64,000 nucleotides of DNA from the human T2T-CHM13v2.0 reference genome, Homo sapiens, in assembly GCF_009914755.1 (NCBI RefSeq), contig NC_060926.1; one strand, 5' to 3'. The position numbers and the translations under genes were made by a program. Below, piece by piece: positions 58,989 through 64,000 of the stretch. The notes beneath the pieces were generated by a model. That model saw only the letters and a list, made by a program, of their open reading frames with translations. It was not told the origin of the DNA and searched no databases. The first letter of the stretch is position 1. Each line of letters opens with the position of its first letter.

Positions 58989-59810
58989 CTACTCAACACA
59001 GCATGAGCAATTTTTTAGTATATACAATAAACAGAACCATATCCAAGTAGAATTCTTTACTATGTTTGCTTAGAATATAATTACTATGTCAAATGCCAAA
59101 ACATTCTGTTAACTTTATTGCAATAAATAAAACTCGGGACTTGTCCTGCAGATTCTAATAAAAAATTTCAAAATACTCAGCAAGACTGAGTCATTTAAAC
59201 CATACAATAGCTTGTTACCTCTACAGAAACAGGTATTTTTTTTAGCATAAATCATAAAAAGTTTAAGAGAAGTCCATCAGAAGTAGCAAAAAAAAAAATG
59301 ATAGAAACACTAAACTTTTCAAAAGTCTATTCAGAATAACCCTCCTATGTTAAATGTATATAGTAGTTACACCTAATGGAGTGAAATGGTGGAGAAAGTT
59401 TAGAGTGGTTGGTTAATTTAGATTGAGGTAACCACCAAGTCTGAAAATTCAGACTGATAAAAAAGAAGGTGCACTAGAACCTGAAGTATCTATCTACATT
59501 TGAAAATAAGTATTATACTTTCTTGTCATTGATTAATTCACTCAGCCAATAAGCATGAAGCTTCTACTGCGTGCGGAACACACTCTAGGAAGCCTCTTCT
59601 ATTTGCGCAGGGTTAAAAAAAAAAAAAAAAGGGGGGGATGGAATTGAAAGTTAGAAGCCTTGGTTTTAGTGCTGTAACTTGATCAGATAGCTTAGCTTCC
59701 TGAGCTTCAGTTGTTTCCTTTACCATCTATATAACGCCTGCCAGAGTTGTTGGGAGAACAGTGAGTATTGAAATACATAGAAAACCGTAAAGCACTATAG
59801 ACATTAACTA

Positions 59811-60119
<309 letters not shown>

Positions 60120-60444
60120 TCAGAATCCATAGGAAAGTTAGATCCTTGGTCCCTGGGAATATTCTTAAATAGGCTGTGCAGACATTAGAAAAGGCCAGCA
60201 CATTTTCTTGCAGCCATAAACCCCAACACACACTGGCCCTGTTGCTGCCATTAATCAACAGCTAAAAACAATTTTTTAGGTAACTTAAAAAATATCATAA
60301 GCTAGTCTTAACAAGATTTAAACTTTTACATGTGTAGCTTTTGGAAACAAATTACAACTTTCTTCTGTTCAACTGTGAGGAAGATTGTAGTCAGCTAATA
60401 TTTTCTAAACAATCAGACTAGATGCATGAACCCATGTAGTATCA

Positions 60445-60714
<270 letters not shown>

Positions 60715-61229
60715 CTAGATGGAAGGTGACACCAGTCATGAAGGGAAAAGAATTTGATGGCTTCTGACAGTGATCCACTATAATGTCCTTTCTGTCATAG
60801 TTTTCTTCTCAAGCACGAATTTTCACTGCTCCGACTTCCACTGAAAGAAATATCCCTTCCCCAGATGGGTTATTGTCTAATCAATATTTATGTGTGAAAT
60901 AAAGGAATTGATTTATGCTTTTATTCCAGGGTTTACTGGGCTGTGTAAATATTCCTCTTTAGCTCAACTTCAAATAAGATTTTTCAGCCAAAATAAAAAT
61001 TGGTCATGGTCCTAAATATCTATCTCAGAGGATTAAAGCACAGAGCAAATCCGTGTCTCTTTTCTCCTGTTAGACAACACAGCAAAATATAATGCAAAGG
61101 CTGTTTTTACATTATGAATAAAAGGTCAAACTAGCTTTATAAGGATTATCATTGACAAAAGATGGTTACTGATTATCTCACAGGCCTAGCACAACATTGG
61201 AATCTAATAATTAGGTGTTAGCGGTCAGA

Positions 61230-61790
61230 CACTTATCTTGCTTATTACTAACCAACATGAATTGAGCCCCTACTATGAATAAAGCATGGTTCTGAGCTTT
61301 TTACACATAACGTCTCTTTTAGTTCTCATAGATACCTTATGAGGCAAGTGCTGCTATTTGCAACTGATGAATAAGGAAACACTGGGCCCAGAGTAACTTG
61401 AGAAAGTTTGTAAAGCTTGTAAATAGAGAAGCTGGGATTTGTATCAAGGCAATCTGATTCTAAAGCTTTATACTCTTTAACTACTAGGCTATATCATAGC
61501 CACAGCTGCAATCCTATTCATAAAGAGAATTTAGAAGGCTGAAAGGGAAGTGTTCAAGATCACTGACTCTTCTGAAGGCAGATCACCTCAGTATGAACCT
61601 TGTCTTTACCAATTTACTTGTTGTATAATCTTGAGCAAGCTATTTGACCTCTTAGAACCTCAGTTTTCTATCTTTAGATGGAGCTAATAATATTAGCTGC
61701 TTAACAGGGTTGTTGTGAGGGTTTAATGAGTTAATAGGTGTGAAGTGCTTAGAACAGTGCCTGGTATGTAGTAAGAACCGTATACATGTT
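61230..61790. mobile_element. MIR fragments
   Basis: Core motifs gataaggaaac-like / cctcagttttct and gtgcttagaacagtgcctgg; similar fragments near 15750, 47690 and 63300. Confidence 0.6.
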
Positions 61791-62238
61791 AACCCTTTAT
61801 AATAACTCTTCTTTGACTTAGCAGGCCATCGGTGGCAAAATCCATTGAAGTATAATGCTGAGGAGTTGGTTTTTGTAGTTGTTGTTGCTTAGAATGGAGA
61901 TATACAACGAATTGTTTTTGACACAATATTAGCTGCCTAAGCACAAGAAAATTATGAGTAGCTGTCATGAGATTATTGTGCAAGTTATTGCCACATGACA
62001 TTTAGCATCTGCTTAGACAAATGCTTAATAAAAGGAATAAGGACATTGGATCTATGTCAAAGGAGTTTTAAAAAAGATAGTTCCCCAGTTTGGTAGATGT
62101 TTAATATATTACCAACAAAGTGAGCTTTTCAAAAGAAAACCTCCTTTTTTGATAGATTTGAACACATAAACAATGTGTTTTCAGATGAAAGGAAACACTC
62201 ATGGTACTTTTTCAGGCATGAAACTAAAACATGGCTTA

Positions 62239-62550
<312 letters not shown>

Positions 62551-63684
62551 CTAGAGAGCATGGGCACAACATCACAACTTTTGGAATCTTTCAGGGTTCT
62601 GAATCATAATATTATGTCATACTTGACCAATGGGCAGAAAAAATAGAGGCCAATAAGATTCTAATGGAAACAATTCCTCTTGAAATGTGGTTCTTTATAT
62701 AAGGATGATAACATGTAATTGAAATCAAGTATAGCTGCAGAACAATTCATTGTGGAAACATAAATGATGTAAATAAAGTTCACTTAATTTAACACCATTG
62801 GCCCAGGAATGGACAAATTTTTGATTCCAGTAGAGTCAGTTATTCACTATGTTTTAAATATTTTTATATCTTTTGACTTTTGACAAAAATGGACTCAAAA
62901 GATATAATAAAAATAAACAATGATCCCTATCTTGTATATATGATTTATAGTGTCTTACTTTCTGGCCAGATTCATTAAATAACACTTTGCTGTTAAAAAG
63001 CAAGTGAAACTATCAGTGGGAGCAAATAAAAATCACTATTAGTAAAAATGTAAAAATCTTACATCAAGAAACTATGATTTCTATATATTCAGAGTGCAGT
63101 TATGGTGGTAGGTAGTAAAGAATACCCAATCAGAGATGAGATGTCTGTGAAAAAGGAAAACTCTGTTATGTTTGCCATGCCTGTGTAATATTATATGCAT
63201 GATAGAGAACTCATTTTGTTGAAGCCATTAAATAGTTAAACGATTCCATCTCAAGGCATCAAGGAGATGCTGACAAGAATAATTTTGAGACAGAGTGAAA
63301 AGAGCATGGGCTTTGGAACCCAACACACCTGGATTCAATCCTGACTTGGTCATTTACCTGATGAATGACCCTAGACAAGTTTCCATCTCTCTGACTCTCT
63401 GCTTCCTTGTTTGTCAAATGGGCCTATGTACCTTTGGGGGTCATTGTGACAATAAGTAATCATTTTAATAAAGTATCTGACACATAACATGTGGTAAATA
63501 AATGGCAATTACTAATACTCATTTTTCTTAGTTTCTTAGGACTGCTCTCTCTTAATTTCAAGCCCTGTTATTATTTCTATATTTAGTGTCTGGAGAACTT
63601 AAGGACACAATAATATTTTCGTTATAATACAAAGAAAAAAGTGGAATAGACAGCTCACTGAAGAGCAATAGCATTTTAAATGTA

Positions 63685-63973
63685 CAGTTATGCATAGCTA
63701 AGCGACGGGGATATGTTCTGAGAAATGTGTCCTTAGGCGGTTTCATCATTGGCAAACATCACAGTGTAGTTACACAAATTTAGATGGTATATATATTTCC
63801 AAATGTCCTAGCACCATTACTAAATATCAATCATTTCTCTTAACTTGATCTGCAATGCCAACATCAAGTGACATATATCAGATTTCTATACATGTTCCAT
63901 TATAATCTTATGGAACCACCATCATATATGAAATCAATCACTGACTGAAATGTTGCTATGCCACATCTGACTG
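63685..63973 (+). mobile_element. Tigger3/MER7-like element
   Basis: TA flanks; cagttatgcat...ttctgagaaatgtgtccttaggcg start and tgactg end. Confidence 0.65.
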
Positions 63974-64000
63974 TATCTGCACATTCAGTTACATTATACA

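Noticed and set aside
61557-61569. IR1-like FXR element AGATCA-C-TGACTC
   Set aside because: Several mismatches to consensus and expected by chance; the known BSEP FXR element is in the promoter, outside this window

Overview
Primate (human-like) genomic DNA, not prokaryotic. The window holds the 3' half of the bile salt export pump gene ABCB11 (BSEP) on the minus strand: 15 coding exons (14-28 in standard numbering, 62550 down to the stop at 14112) that splice in frame and encode the end of NBD1, the linker, TMD2 and NBD2. A probable ~2.8 kb 3' UTR ends near 11275. From recalled gene order (inference), the first ~490 bp is the end of the G6PC2 3' UTR, and a CpG/GC-box promoter at ~3.4-3.9 kb may drive a minus-strand first exon (possibly SPC25-linked). 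The rest is intronic or intergenic and rich in Alu, L1, Tigger/MER and LTR relics; subfamily names are from memory of consensus sequences. Nearly all other ORFs in the track are spurious or repeat-derived. I found no new gene system. The most interesting unexplained signals are: a 24-bp pre-miRNA-like, possibly bistable hairpin with a GGAG loop just after the ABCB11 stop; an L1 insertion whose target-site duplication copied the exon 24 splice donor; a splicing-fragile exon 16/17 module (GC donor, weak NAGNAG acceptor, flanking direct repeats); and an orphan CpG promoter pointing antisense into G6PC2.
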